Positions 50,625 through 61,110 of a DNA stretch of 64,000 nt are shown here, in pieces. The notes under the pieces were generated by a model that was not told the origin of the DNA, searched no databases, and worked only from the letters and a program-made list of their open reading frames with translations. The stretch covers positions 186,001-250,000 of the forward strand of contig NW_026963293.1 of the NCBI RefSeq assembly GCF_036588685.1, read 5' to 3'. The DNA comes from Mytilus trossulus. Lineage: Eukaryota. The position numbers were made by a program, and so were the translations under genes. Position 1 is the first letter of the stretch, and every line of letters starts with the position of its first letter.

Positions 50625-53600
50625 TATATAAGTTAATTTGACAAATATTTTCTTGATTTATCAATGCACACACTTGCCCTGTTACAAACATATTGAAAGA
50701 TATTTGAATGCCAACACATACGACCATAACGCACGTAACTTCAGATATAACGACAGAAGCGGATGTACATTCATTTGTATGAAAAAAATTATTATCTGGC
50801 CCTTAAATATAAGTAAATAATATAAAAAAGAAGATGTGGTATGATTGCCAATGAGACAACTATCCACAAAAGACCAAAATAACACAAACATTCACAACTA
50901 TAGGTCACCGTACGGCCTTAATCCTTTTTCATTAATCTTAATTTTGTCTAGCAATGGACAGGTTAAGATGATCAATTAAGTGCAGAAAGGTCTCGTGTAT
51001 TGTTACAATAATGTAATAAATATAAAAATAAATGGCCATTTAACACTTAGTATATGACGAAAAAAAGATAAACATAAGGGCGAAATAAAAACAATATTTA
51101 ACACAACATTAACACCTTTATAAAATACATCTTAAGGCAGAAAATTTAAAAGGTACAGCTTTGACTCATATATATACATATTTACAACAAGATATCAGAA
51201 AACGGTAATACGAATAAATTAGTCGTTATTTTCCGCTGATCTACTATTACTACATGTGGAACCGAATGAACGTGGAAATAACACATTCATCGCAAAGCAA
51301 ACGTATCGCTTGTATCGCCTTAATTCTTGTTATATTATACTTTTAAAGCAATGCCAATGATGTAAATGTCTTTTTTTAAAACTTTGCGGGTTTCCCTCGC
51401 AGCGACGTTGAACGAGATCTGAGGTATGCCCCGGTTGTAGGTGTGATTCGTGTTGCTCTGTGTTCAGTTTTCAATGTTGTGTTTTGTACGCTGTTGTCTT
51501 TTTCTTTATTTGCCGTGACGTTTTCAGTTTATCCTTGACCTTTGAAATTGAATGTCACTTTAGTATCGTTCGCATATATCTTTTAATGCAAATTTAGTTA
51601 GGAGATAACATAAAAATCAATAAAAAACGCGATCTTTAATTCTACTAAAACTTGATCTTTAATATACAATATTTCGAAGGTCTTTCCAAAATTAAAAACA
51701 ATTTCGGCAAAGTTGGTTGTCATGTTTGAAATTTATTCACACTTCAAAAGTACAAACCATTCCTCGTCTCCGTACAATTACATTATAAGACAATACATCC
51801 GCGTCCTTCGGATACCGATGCATGTCTTTCTCATTGGAAATTATACCACAGATCCTCATTTGTTTCAATATATTGCAATCATACAACTAAATATGTGACT
51901 GTATAATACTTATTACTCATTATAATCGCTTCCGAAATATTTCGTGATGAAGAAGCGATAATTATCGTCATTTTACTTTTTATCACTACAAAGATATATA
52001 TATATATAAGCTACATTTCAAAATCAAAGTTTTCAAAAGTAAATCTTATCTTTAGTTACTAGTATAAACAAACATATCTGTTGGTCTCTGATAGGTTGTT
52101 GTATCATTGCCAATCATAACACATTTCTCTTCCTTTTTTATCTTGATATAGTTACAAATGTTTTAAAATCTGCAATTTGTTGTTTTGCACATGTACATGT
52201 ATAGCTTTTGTTATAAAACAATCATTTGCAAACAAGCTCTTGTAGCAGAAACGATTCCATCTTAAAATTTAAAAACACATCAAATTTAAAAATAACTTGG
52301 GGGACGACAATTCTTATGTATCGATTCAAATATTTGTTTTTTTTTATTTCAATTATTCCCACATTATTAGCAATGTTTGTTTTTTACTGAATCCCTTTTT
52401 CGTGCTGAGCTATAGCATGTCAGATTAAATTCTATTTACTGAAATATTAAGTTTAATAGTTAAATGATAATCAATATCAGAGTCACAAATTTCGAAGTAC
52501 AAAATATAGCTGCAGAAGCCATAGCTGTTTTGATTTGATCATGAATAGAGCGTAAGGGAAATCTGAATCAAATAGATTTTTGGCCTGTTCCAATCTTTCA
52601 GTGATTGTACAAATAGATAAGTTATTAACAGGATTACAAAATTGGTTTCTTCAAATTTGGTTTTGAAGCATCATTGACACATAATGAAATAGTGATCGAG
52701 CGTAATGTTGATGTATCACTATTAGACCATTTTGACTGTGTTTTGAATACGTAAAACAGTCAGAAATAACACTACTGAATAAAGCAAAGATATGATAAAA
52801 CGTTATATTAAAAGGGCGTTGTTATGCATATAAGACAACGGTATTGTTTCATAAAATAACATTCTTTATAGAGTATGAAATTATCTATATAACAATTTGT
52901 GATACATGAGGGTATGAATTGGGATTACAGAATTGACATTAAGTGGCAAAAAGAGGCATTTTACATATACATATAATTGCGTTAACACTGAATACAGACT
53001 AATATTTTAAAAACGTTTTTATGCTGAGTATAAAAAAAGTTTTATAAAAAAGGGCAGGTCCGATAGCCATATTGAATAGGCTCTAGTGAGCCTTAATCTC
53101 TTGATTTTGATTGATCATTTTTTAGAATCATGCATGTAAATAATAGTACATGTGTCTACATTCTTGTAAGTATAACACCATTTGGTTCATAATGTTCATT
53201 GTGTTGATGATTAACCCTAACATCTCAACTTTATCTATTTAATCTTTGATGTCGAAGTATTTTTGGAAGTACTTTCAAATTTCATTGGCTCTATTTTAAA
53301 CACTGTAAATAACTGCAATTGATTTTCTTTACGCAAACTGGTGATTGCATTGCAATACAATATAAAATGAGTTTCAATTGGTTGAACTAATAGATGGAAC
53401 ATTAAAAGCTTCATTACAATACACGCATATTTGTCAACACGCTTAATTGTGACATATAGACTTTTGAAAAGTCCAAATTTCCTTGATTTTTGATGTTCTG
53501 AACTAATTAATACAGGAACTATCAAAACCAGTGTGTCGATTAATATTGATGACCTCTACATGTTGCATTGTTTGGTTTTATGTTTATGTGTTGTTAGGTT

Positions 53601-53721
53601 GCTGTATCGTTGACGTAATATCATATCAGTTTTCTATTCATAGTGCCTGAGGCATAAACAAGTGAACCAAACGTAAATTAAATATTTAAACGATCTTGAT
53701 TTGTACTAAAATCTGATCTTC

Positions 53722-54119
53722 AATAGTTATCAAAGGTACCTGGATTATAATTTAGTACGCCAGACGCGCGTTTCGTCTACATAAGACTCAACAGTGACGC
53801 TCATATCAAAATATGTATAAAGCCAAACAAGTACAAAGTTGAAGAGCATCGAGGATCCAAAATTCAAAAAAGTTGTGCCAAATACGGCTAAGGTAATCTA
53901 TGTCTGGGATAAGAAAATCCTTAGTTTTTCGAAAATTCAAAGTTTTGTTAACAGGAAATTCATTAAAAGTGACCACATTATTGATATTCATGTCAACACC
54001 GAAATGTTGACTACTGGGCTGGTGATACCCTCGGGGACGAAACGTCCACCAGCAGTGGCATCGACCCAGTGGTGTAAATACTTATCAAAGGGACCAGGAT
54101 TATAATTTAGTACACACCA
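53722..54119 (-). mobile_element. Family A retrozyme: one 355-bp unit plus a ~40-bp terminal redundancy
   Basis: aatagttatcaaaggtacc..ttagtac (53722) is repeated at 54077. The hammerhead at 53757-53800 carries CUGUUGA (A6U). Confidence 0.9.
54010..54073 (-). ncRNA. Conserved structured RNA module of unknown function inside the retrozyme
   Basis: Nested helices with compensatory and G-U-compatible changes across four copies (319-365, 25681-25749, 54010-54073, 58267-58326). Confidence 0.6.
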
Positions 54120-55902
54120 GGTTAAATTCGTAAAGGACTTTTCAAAAATTATAAACAATAAGTAAGGTTGCTAATATTGATTAATTTACAGTTTAAAGTT
54201 TTTGTTCAAACCATCCAAGATTTCCGCACAGCGCCATTTAGTATTCTCCTCTTTTGATCTTTGGTTGATAATTGCTTCATTTGTAATCCTAACACAAATC
54301 ATTATTTGTATAAAGATGTCATCATTAAACTAAATATAGTTTTATTATTGTAAATTTCACAAATCTGTAAGCCTAATAATTTTGTGATGAAGAAGAAATT
54401 ATCATCGTCCCTCCTTTTATACTTTTATGAGTAGTGAGATATGCATAAAACATCCGAGTCTCTAAAAAAAGCTAATGGAGGATTGTCTCAATGACAATCA
54501 TATCACATCGACTTATTTTATACTTATATATATATATATATATTATAGATAGATAGATATATATTGGTTTTCATACTTGTCATTTGTTCTGTAGTGGATA
54601 TTTGTCTCATTTTCTTTTATCTCTTCTTATTTACAATTTCAATAGTCTAACGATTAACGATCTCAAATTCGTAGCATATTTATTGTACATGTACATATTA
54701 TATTTTTGATTGTAAAATTCACTCATTGTTGCTCAACAAAATATTGTGTTAGGAACGATTCCTTCTCGCAACTTTTGACTTCAATTCGTTCATTTCTTTC
54801 TACAGGGTTCATTGTTCATAATTACGTAACAAAATACGATTTTTTTTATTTTCTTTATAAACTTTATGGATGTGTATCGATATGTCAGCTGCCTCTTGAA
54901 CAATGGTATTCTGTCTTGATTACATTTTTATTTAATTTTTTCGCGCCAACAATAAGACATTTTCAACGTCGATGAGACTGCAACCAAACAGTCTCAAAAT
55001 AGAAAATTGACTTGATTTTTAACTCAACTTCGAGAGATAAATTCGAGATATTAACTTTGACTTATTCCGATACACAAATTGGTTTGAACGATGATTATCT
55101 TATGTTAAGACGTGTGTTTCCTTTGTACACTTTTCCCGCGCTTTATTTTATTTATCAGTCTTACTATATATTTATCTGACGAGTTTTTTGTTTGAACATA
55201 GCAATTCTAAAGGTTTTAACAGAATGACAACATTTCATCGATCAGTTATGAAATTTACCTTCTATGATCTATTATGTAGTCCACTCAAAAGAGTTTTGTT
55301 TTCTTTTATCCTAAGAAAAAATATCCCCAAGTTTTAAACTTTTATCTGTCCTGTTATATTTTTGTTTGAAATACGTTCGCTATTTCCGCTTTAACAAAGT
55401 AAACAAGTTAGTTTGTACAGAATGGTAATGTGTCATTGATCTGTATTGAAATGATTGAATCAATCTGATATGTAAAAACATAAATATGTCATTATTTGAT
55501 CCATATAACACTGAACATGTATAAACAAGAAAAAACAGAAAATCAATTATTATAAATATTCCATCAATACAAAAAAGTATGTATAACAACGCTTATTTAT
55601 TCTAATAATTTGTTGATGCTGATACTACACTTGTTTAAGTATAGTTTACGTTGCAAGCCTATTTGCATCAATTATATTACGTATTTGGACTAATTTAAAT
55701 GAATGAATAACATGAATAATGAAACTCCTTTAGGAATGAACGAGATTCATATAAGAAGTAAAGATTATGCATGTATATGATGAACACTTCTTGTAACACA
55801 TAAAAGTTGGAATTTTACTATGAGTTGAACTAATTTCTACAATCGTTAAAACTATCTTTAAACTTTGTCTACATGTGTCTATTAATAAATATCTTAACTT
55901 AC

Positions 55903-55990
55903 ATTCAATTGCAAACATAGAATTATCACTTCCGTCTATTCCAATAACTACTTTTTTACCCTTGGAGCTCTCTTTTAACTTTTCTGCCAT
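55903..55990 (-). CDS. USP-B exon 1
   Basis: acaATGG start; MAEKLKESSKGKKVVIGIDGSDNSMFAIE plus T, then a gtaagt donor (phase 1, giving Trp with exon 2). Confidence 0.9.
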
Positions 55991-56147
55991 TGTGTTTTTT
56001 AATCCAAAATATAGAATTTTAACACTTATAAATTCTTCAATGCCCCATTTAACAAAATATGCAAGTAAACTTGTTCATCCAATGTAACAGGTCGGGATTA
56101 TGAAAAGTTTCTGATCAATCAACGAGGTATTGACTGATAGCGACTGT

Positions 56148-56162
56148 TGGGAATTTCCCACA
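56148..56162. promoter_or_regulatory. Candidate NF-kB/Rel site overlapping a CSL/Su(H)-type site upstream of USP-B
   Basis: TGGGAATTTCCCA palindrome fits GGGRNWYYCC; the minus strand reads TGTGGGAA. Lies ~160 bp upstream of the ATG. Confidence 0.45.
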
Positions 56163-56712
56163 AATTATCGATATGTTGTAGTAAAAAAGTACGCATCAAT
56201 ATTGTAAACAGTAGTTTAATATTCAATAGTTGCTTTTTATTAAAGAAATTTATCCTATCACATATTCAATGACAACGAAAATTGATACGAAACAACTGTT
56301 CGTCCATACTTTATTACATTAAGAATTGTTTTTGTCTAAGCGCTTTTTATTACAATAGTTTTTTTAAATACTTATTTTAAAGGGATTTATGAACTGAAAG
56401 CGATAATCTCTACATGACGAGGTATTTGCATCTTAGATATTTGTTTTAATTACATTTGACATTCAACTAAATTATTTCAGAAACATTGAACCAATATTTG
56501 GTCTATTCTAAAAAATGACACTTACCATGCGTGTTTTCGGTTTGAGCTTTACTATGTAATAAGACAAATGAATACAATGTGAGAAAAAAATCATTTCGAT
56601 GATTGCTTAACGGATTTGAATTTGGACAGAGAATCATCTTTATTCAGTTGAATCAATAGATCGACCGCATCATATAGGGTTCTCCAATGCATAGATACAA
56701 CAAAGGCAGGTT

Positions 56713-56853
56713 TAAATAGTTATCAAAGGTACCAGGATTATAATTTAATACGACAGACTCGCGTTTCGTCTACATAAGACTCACCAGTGACGCTCAGATC
56801 AAAATAGTTATAAAGCCCAACGAGTACATAGTTGAAGAGCATTGAGGACCAAA
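56713..56853 (-). mobile_element. 5'-truncated family A retrozyme with a mutated hammerhead (56750-56793)
   Basis: Core reads CUGGUGA (A6G); loop III is GCGA. Confidence 0.82.
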
Positions 56854-57746
56854 TAACAGAGTTATAAAATTTTAATCGACACGCTATATTATAATAAGGA
56901 ACGAAGTTTAGTCAAATTGTTGTGCTTAAAAATGTTTAAACTGTACTTTGACCTATACATGTTTTATTTACACAAATTGTGACTTGGATGGAGAACTGTC
57001 TTATTGGCACTCATACCACCTCTTCTTATATCTATTAAACGCGCTTATTTAAATATATGAAAAAGGTTAATTGTATAAAATGTGTATCATGTCATTATGT
57101 CCTCTAGCAGTACTATATAGGGGAAAAGCTGAATTTCTTTTTAAATACCAGACCGTTAGACAAATCGCTTTGTGTTTGTTTACATAGGATTTTACGTGGG
57201 AACCTGGCAGAAAGTTTGATGATTACTCTATATCGATGTGATAACATCAAACAACCGTATTAAAGTTCGTTCAATGCATATTTCTCAAAGTTGAGTAAAA
57301 CATTTTGTATACTCGTTTTCATTAGGTTAACATTGCGCGTACATCAATGCTACAATTGAGTAAACGTTTAATGGCCGCAAACTTTTTAGAATATTTTGTA
57401 TTATAACCTTATCTTACAGTATTTCATGTCTACTGTAAAATCATCTCTCTGAACTACACATCATAAGCAGCGCCAGGAAAAACTTAAAGAGAGACTATTA
57501 GTATATAATTATTGCATGTTGAATTACATCAATTATTCGGTTTGATGTTACAAGATTAAGACTATTATTTGTGAAAATCTGTATACTTTTTATAGGTCAA
57601 AAGAATCAATTTTTGCTTTTTCGATTACATTTTAGTGGTGAATACAATATGTGTTTTAATAAACTCATTATAGTTATACAAAATTCTCATTCTGATTATT
57701 GCAGGTAAACAAACGAAAATAATATACACAAATGTCATGCGTCCGG

Positions 57747-58041
57747 ATAAACTCACCATAGTGACCAGGATCGAAATTTTGTATATGTGCCAGACGCGCG
57801 TTTTGTCTACAAAAGACTCATCAGTGACGCTCGAATCAAAAAGTTAAAGGCTTAACAAAGTGCGAAGTTGCAGAGAATAGTCGACACAAATTCATTAAAG
57901 TTTTTCCAAATATAGATGAGGTAATCAATCCCTGAGTTAGAAAAGTCTTAGTATTTTAAAAATTCCAAATTTTGTAAACAGCTTATTTATAATTATGACC
58001 ATATCAATGATATGTCAGGACAACTTAGAAGTGCTAACTAC
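57747..58041 (-). mobile_element. 5'-truncated family A retrozyme with a mutated hammerhead (57787-57830)
   Basis: CUGAUGA is intact but GAAA has become AAAA (G12A, the catalytic base). Confidence 0.82.
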
Positions 58042-58250
58042 AGATTAATTAAAAGCTCTTATCTGTATTTTCCTCCGTCAGTGACGACTAAAATGATTTG
58101 AAAGACAAGGATGTACAAAATTAATTAAAATATGTATCTGGCATAAGAGTCAGCTACACCCGAGGGAGGAGTTGAAACCCTATGCTAGTTTCCCAACAAA
58201 TCAAACATTCATTAATGGACAATCTAAGAATGATCCGTTATTATTCATTT

Positions 58251-58390
58251 CAGTACTGAAGTACAGACTACTGACCTGCTAGTAATACCGTCCGGAACTT
58301 ATAGTTCACCAGCAGTTATATCGACCAAACGCAATGAATACAAAACGTTATAGGATCAATGCGTCCGATGCGCTATTCTTGATTTACTTT
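58251..58390 (-). mobile_element. Family B retrozyme relic
   Basis: Structured module at 58267-58326, followed by gcgtccgatgcgctattcttgatttac, the decayed 3' half of a family B hammerhead. Confidence 0.6.
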
Positions 58391-59239
58391 AAGAAGTAGT
58401 ACAATTTGGGCTAAATTAAGAGCATTTTATCAAACCAGATATAAAAGGGGCATTTTCAATCAAAATATTGAATAAAAGGAACATATGTTAGACATAACAA
58501 GGTATTTGTATGCCAAATCCTTAATGTCCTTCGTTGCAAAATTTTACACAGTCACATGTTAAATGTGTACTTATCTTTTCGGATGAATTACTTTAAAGAA
58601 CACTTTAATAATATATTTTGAATCCGGTAGTTTTTTACTTGTGTCTCAATGAAATATACTAATACAAGTGAAACTGACCTGATCTTTTTACATTAGATTA
58701 ACATTATGTTGTTTCGCGGGAGATTTCTATATACAGGATTTCATTTCATTTCATACTAAATTAACTTGTTTAATGTTTAATGTTTGATGACATCAACCAA
58801 CGGAGTTGCCAGTTTAAAATTAATTAATAGGTGGGGCAATTTGTTTTTATCCAGGACAATTTGTTATGTGTCCATCCTTTATTTCAATTCATAGTTTAGT
58901 AGCCTGCTGGTGGAATTCTATTTCCATAGTGTGTCATATAATTCTACACATAACGGTTTTTCTGTAATCGTAAATAGATTTGTGTGAAATACAAAAGTTT
59001 ATTAAATCTAACGAAAGAATAAATCCACCTGCAAGAACTTAATAACATTTTGTATTTTGATAAATAATATTAACATATAAAGGACATACAACATTATGAT
59101 TATAAAAAAAATATCTACGCAATATCTTATATTATATAGATAATTATAAAAAAAACATATTAATTTGGCAATGCGTAATATATAAAAAAAAATGTTTTAA
59201 AAGATACTTATCTTTTTTTCATTTTGTAATGAATGGCAT

Positions 59240-59340
59240 TTGTCAGAAACCCTTTTTTATTTATCTTCATCCGGAACGCTCAAAGCTAAATATTTGAAAG
59301 CCAATACCTAAAACAGTTGAAGAACAATATGACCAAACAG
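59240..59340 (-). mobile_element. Family B retrozyme relic
   Basis: ttcatccggaacgctcaaagctaaatatttgaaag..gttgaagaac is the reverse complement of 43510-43575. Confidence 0.55.
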
Positions 59341-60789
59341 GGCATAAAAATAACCAAATTTTTCTAAGGCAAATTTTGAATGAAAAAAAAGTAGTTACAT
59401 ACATTTAGATATGTATTAAAGCTATTATGTGTAATATCTAATTTAGTAAGGCAACATTCAATTAGAATATTTTTTTGTTACCTCTGAAGAAATTTCTCAT
59501 TTGCAAGTTGTTAGAAAAGTATAAAAATCTGTATTTACAATATCTTATGAAATGAAAAGATGTGGTATTATACTGCCAATGGGACAAATCTCTATCAGAA
59601 ACGAAATAAATTAAAAGGTTAAAAACAATATGTCGACGTACGGCTTTCAACTATTTGCAAAACCCCTAACGGAAAGTAAGCTACAAAAGCTCCTTAAGTG
59701 ACAAACGATAAACTAAATATAACCTCATTCATGTAAAAAAATCAATAAACGAAAAACATGATAAATAGCGTCTAACAACAACCACTGATTACAGAATTAA
59801 ATGGCTTCTGACTTAAAACAGGCACAAACAGAAGGTGTTGCGGTCTGACATGTTGGCGGGCGCCACACCTTCCCTTATCCTGAGAAACAAGTATAACACA
59901 ACATAAAAATACTGCATAAACAAGATTGAATAGAGCCTAACTGAACATATCGATATATAACAAAGCAACAGTACACAAAAAAATACAGATCGGAAGGTAC
60001 TCGCAGTTGCAGTAATTTCGTTCAAAGTCAAAATAAAATAAACTAATAAAAATATCAAGTATCTAAGACTAAAATATCAATCAGTCCACGTCTATCGTCA
60101 ATAAACGGAATCGGTAAACAACATCACGTAGAATGATGATGGCATTTACGATTTTTAATAAGTTTTCTAAAGGTACAAAATCAATATTATTTTGTAAATA
60201 TAAAAAAGTAAAGGTTTTAAGTGTTTTGTTATAACAGTATCCTTGACTTAATGATTTTTATAAATTGCCAGCAATACATACAGTTTATAAAAACACTAAA
60301 ATGTCACAAACGACACGGCAAAAGCGAGCTGTGTTATATAAACAACATAAGGTCGTATAGTCCGTTTGACTTCTATCATATCTATAAATCTTCAGAAAAT
60401 AATTCATAATAATATTTTTTTTCAAATAAACATTTTTTTCTTGGTTTATGCATGATACATACGAACTATGACTATAAATATCATATTCTTGGGCCAATAT
60501 TAAAAAAAAATATGCAACTGTCATGCTAGTTTCTATATAGGAAAATGCCTGTAATGAATATACAAGGATTGTCAATTCGTTTGATGTGTTTGAACTTTTC
60601 ATTTTTCCATTTGTTTAGGAACTTTACGTTTTGAATTTTTCTCGGAGTTTGGTAATTTTGTCATTTTATTTTTCATGTTGGAGTCAATGCATTTTGTAAG
60701 TTATATCCGGAAGGGTTTTGCCAAACCTGTGGCACCAGTCGTGTTGCCTAGGTAAGTACACACCCATGATGAGTCTAAGTCGGTAAGTC

Positions 60790-61110
60790 ACACACGGGGA
60801 AACAAAGCTTATACTGCATAGTCAGTTATAAAAGGCCCCAAAATCACAAATGTATAAATATTCAAACAAGAAAATTAACGGCCCAATTAATTTACAAAAA
60901 ATGAACGAAAAATAACAACTGAACTACAAGCTCCTGACTTGAGACAGCCACATACATACAGATAGTGACGGGGTTAACCATGTCAGCGTGATCTCAACCC
61001 TCCTTCTTACATTGGACAGTGGTGTATTAAAGTACAAAGTTAGAACGAACTATAAAAATCAGTTGAAAAATGCTTTTCTCATCAGATGAATACAAATTGA
61101 AATACACATA
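60790..61110 (-). mobile_element. Inverted fragment of the abundant interspersed repeat family
   Basis: gctcctgacttgagacag..cggggttaa..gatctcaaccctc is the reverse complement of motifs at 24963-25030. Confidence 0.6.

Larger units (their letters stand above)
51620..54520. repeat. Diverged local duplication (51620-52000 vs 53685-53725 plus 54120-54440)
   Basis: tactaaaacttgatctttaata vs tactaaaatctgatcttcaata; aaggtctttccaaaatt vs aaggacttttcaaaaatt; gtgatgaagaag in both copies. Confidence 0.7.
17269..55990 (-). other. USP-B gene span: universal stress protein A-like, 4 coding exons, 167 aa, 35,350-bp first intron
   Basis: Exons 55990-55903, 20552-20457, 19168-19062 and 17481-17269 join in frame (504 nt) with the same intron phases as USP-A. 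The link from exon 1 to exon 2 is inferred because I found no nearer first exon. Confidence 0.8.

Noticed and set aside
21797-53800. Selection against active sense-strand hammerheads in the USP-B intron
   Set aside because: Three of four sense copies are damaged, but the intergenic copies (56750, 57787) and one antisense copy (45443) are damaged too. The numbers are too small to show a bias.
54010-54073. Structured module as an HDV-like ribozyme
   Set aside because: The P1/P2-like order fits, but there is no room for P1.1, P4 or the J4/2 catalytic C, because the two 3' strands are directly adjacent.
55380-55589. ORF containing CIDG as another USP first exon
   Set aside because: It lacks the DGS motif and a true ATG, and I saw no donor in the expected position; it reads as AT-rich noise.
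55730-55990. 86-aa ORF as a complete small protein
   Set aside because: Only the first 29 codons are USP-like. A gtaagt donor follows at 55902 and the remainder is intron read-through.
4669-55990. One shared first exon spliced to two alternative USP cassettes
   Set aside because: USP-A has its own first exon at 9100-8986. Matching phases would allow in-frame chimeras, but nothing in the sequence shows they are made.
12988-61085. Other CTGATGA matches (~12988, ~22740, ~61080) as hammerheads
   Set aside because: None is followed by a stem II and GAAA box with a closing stem I.
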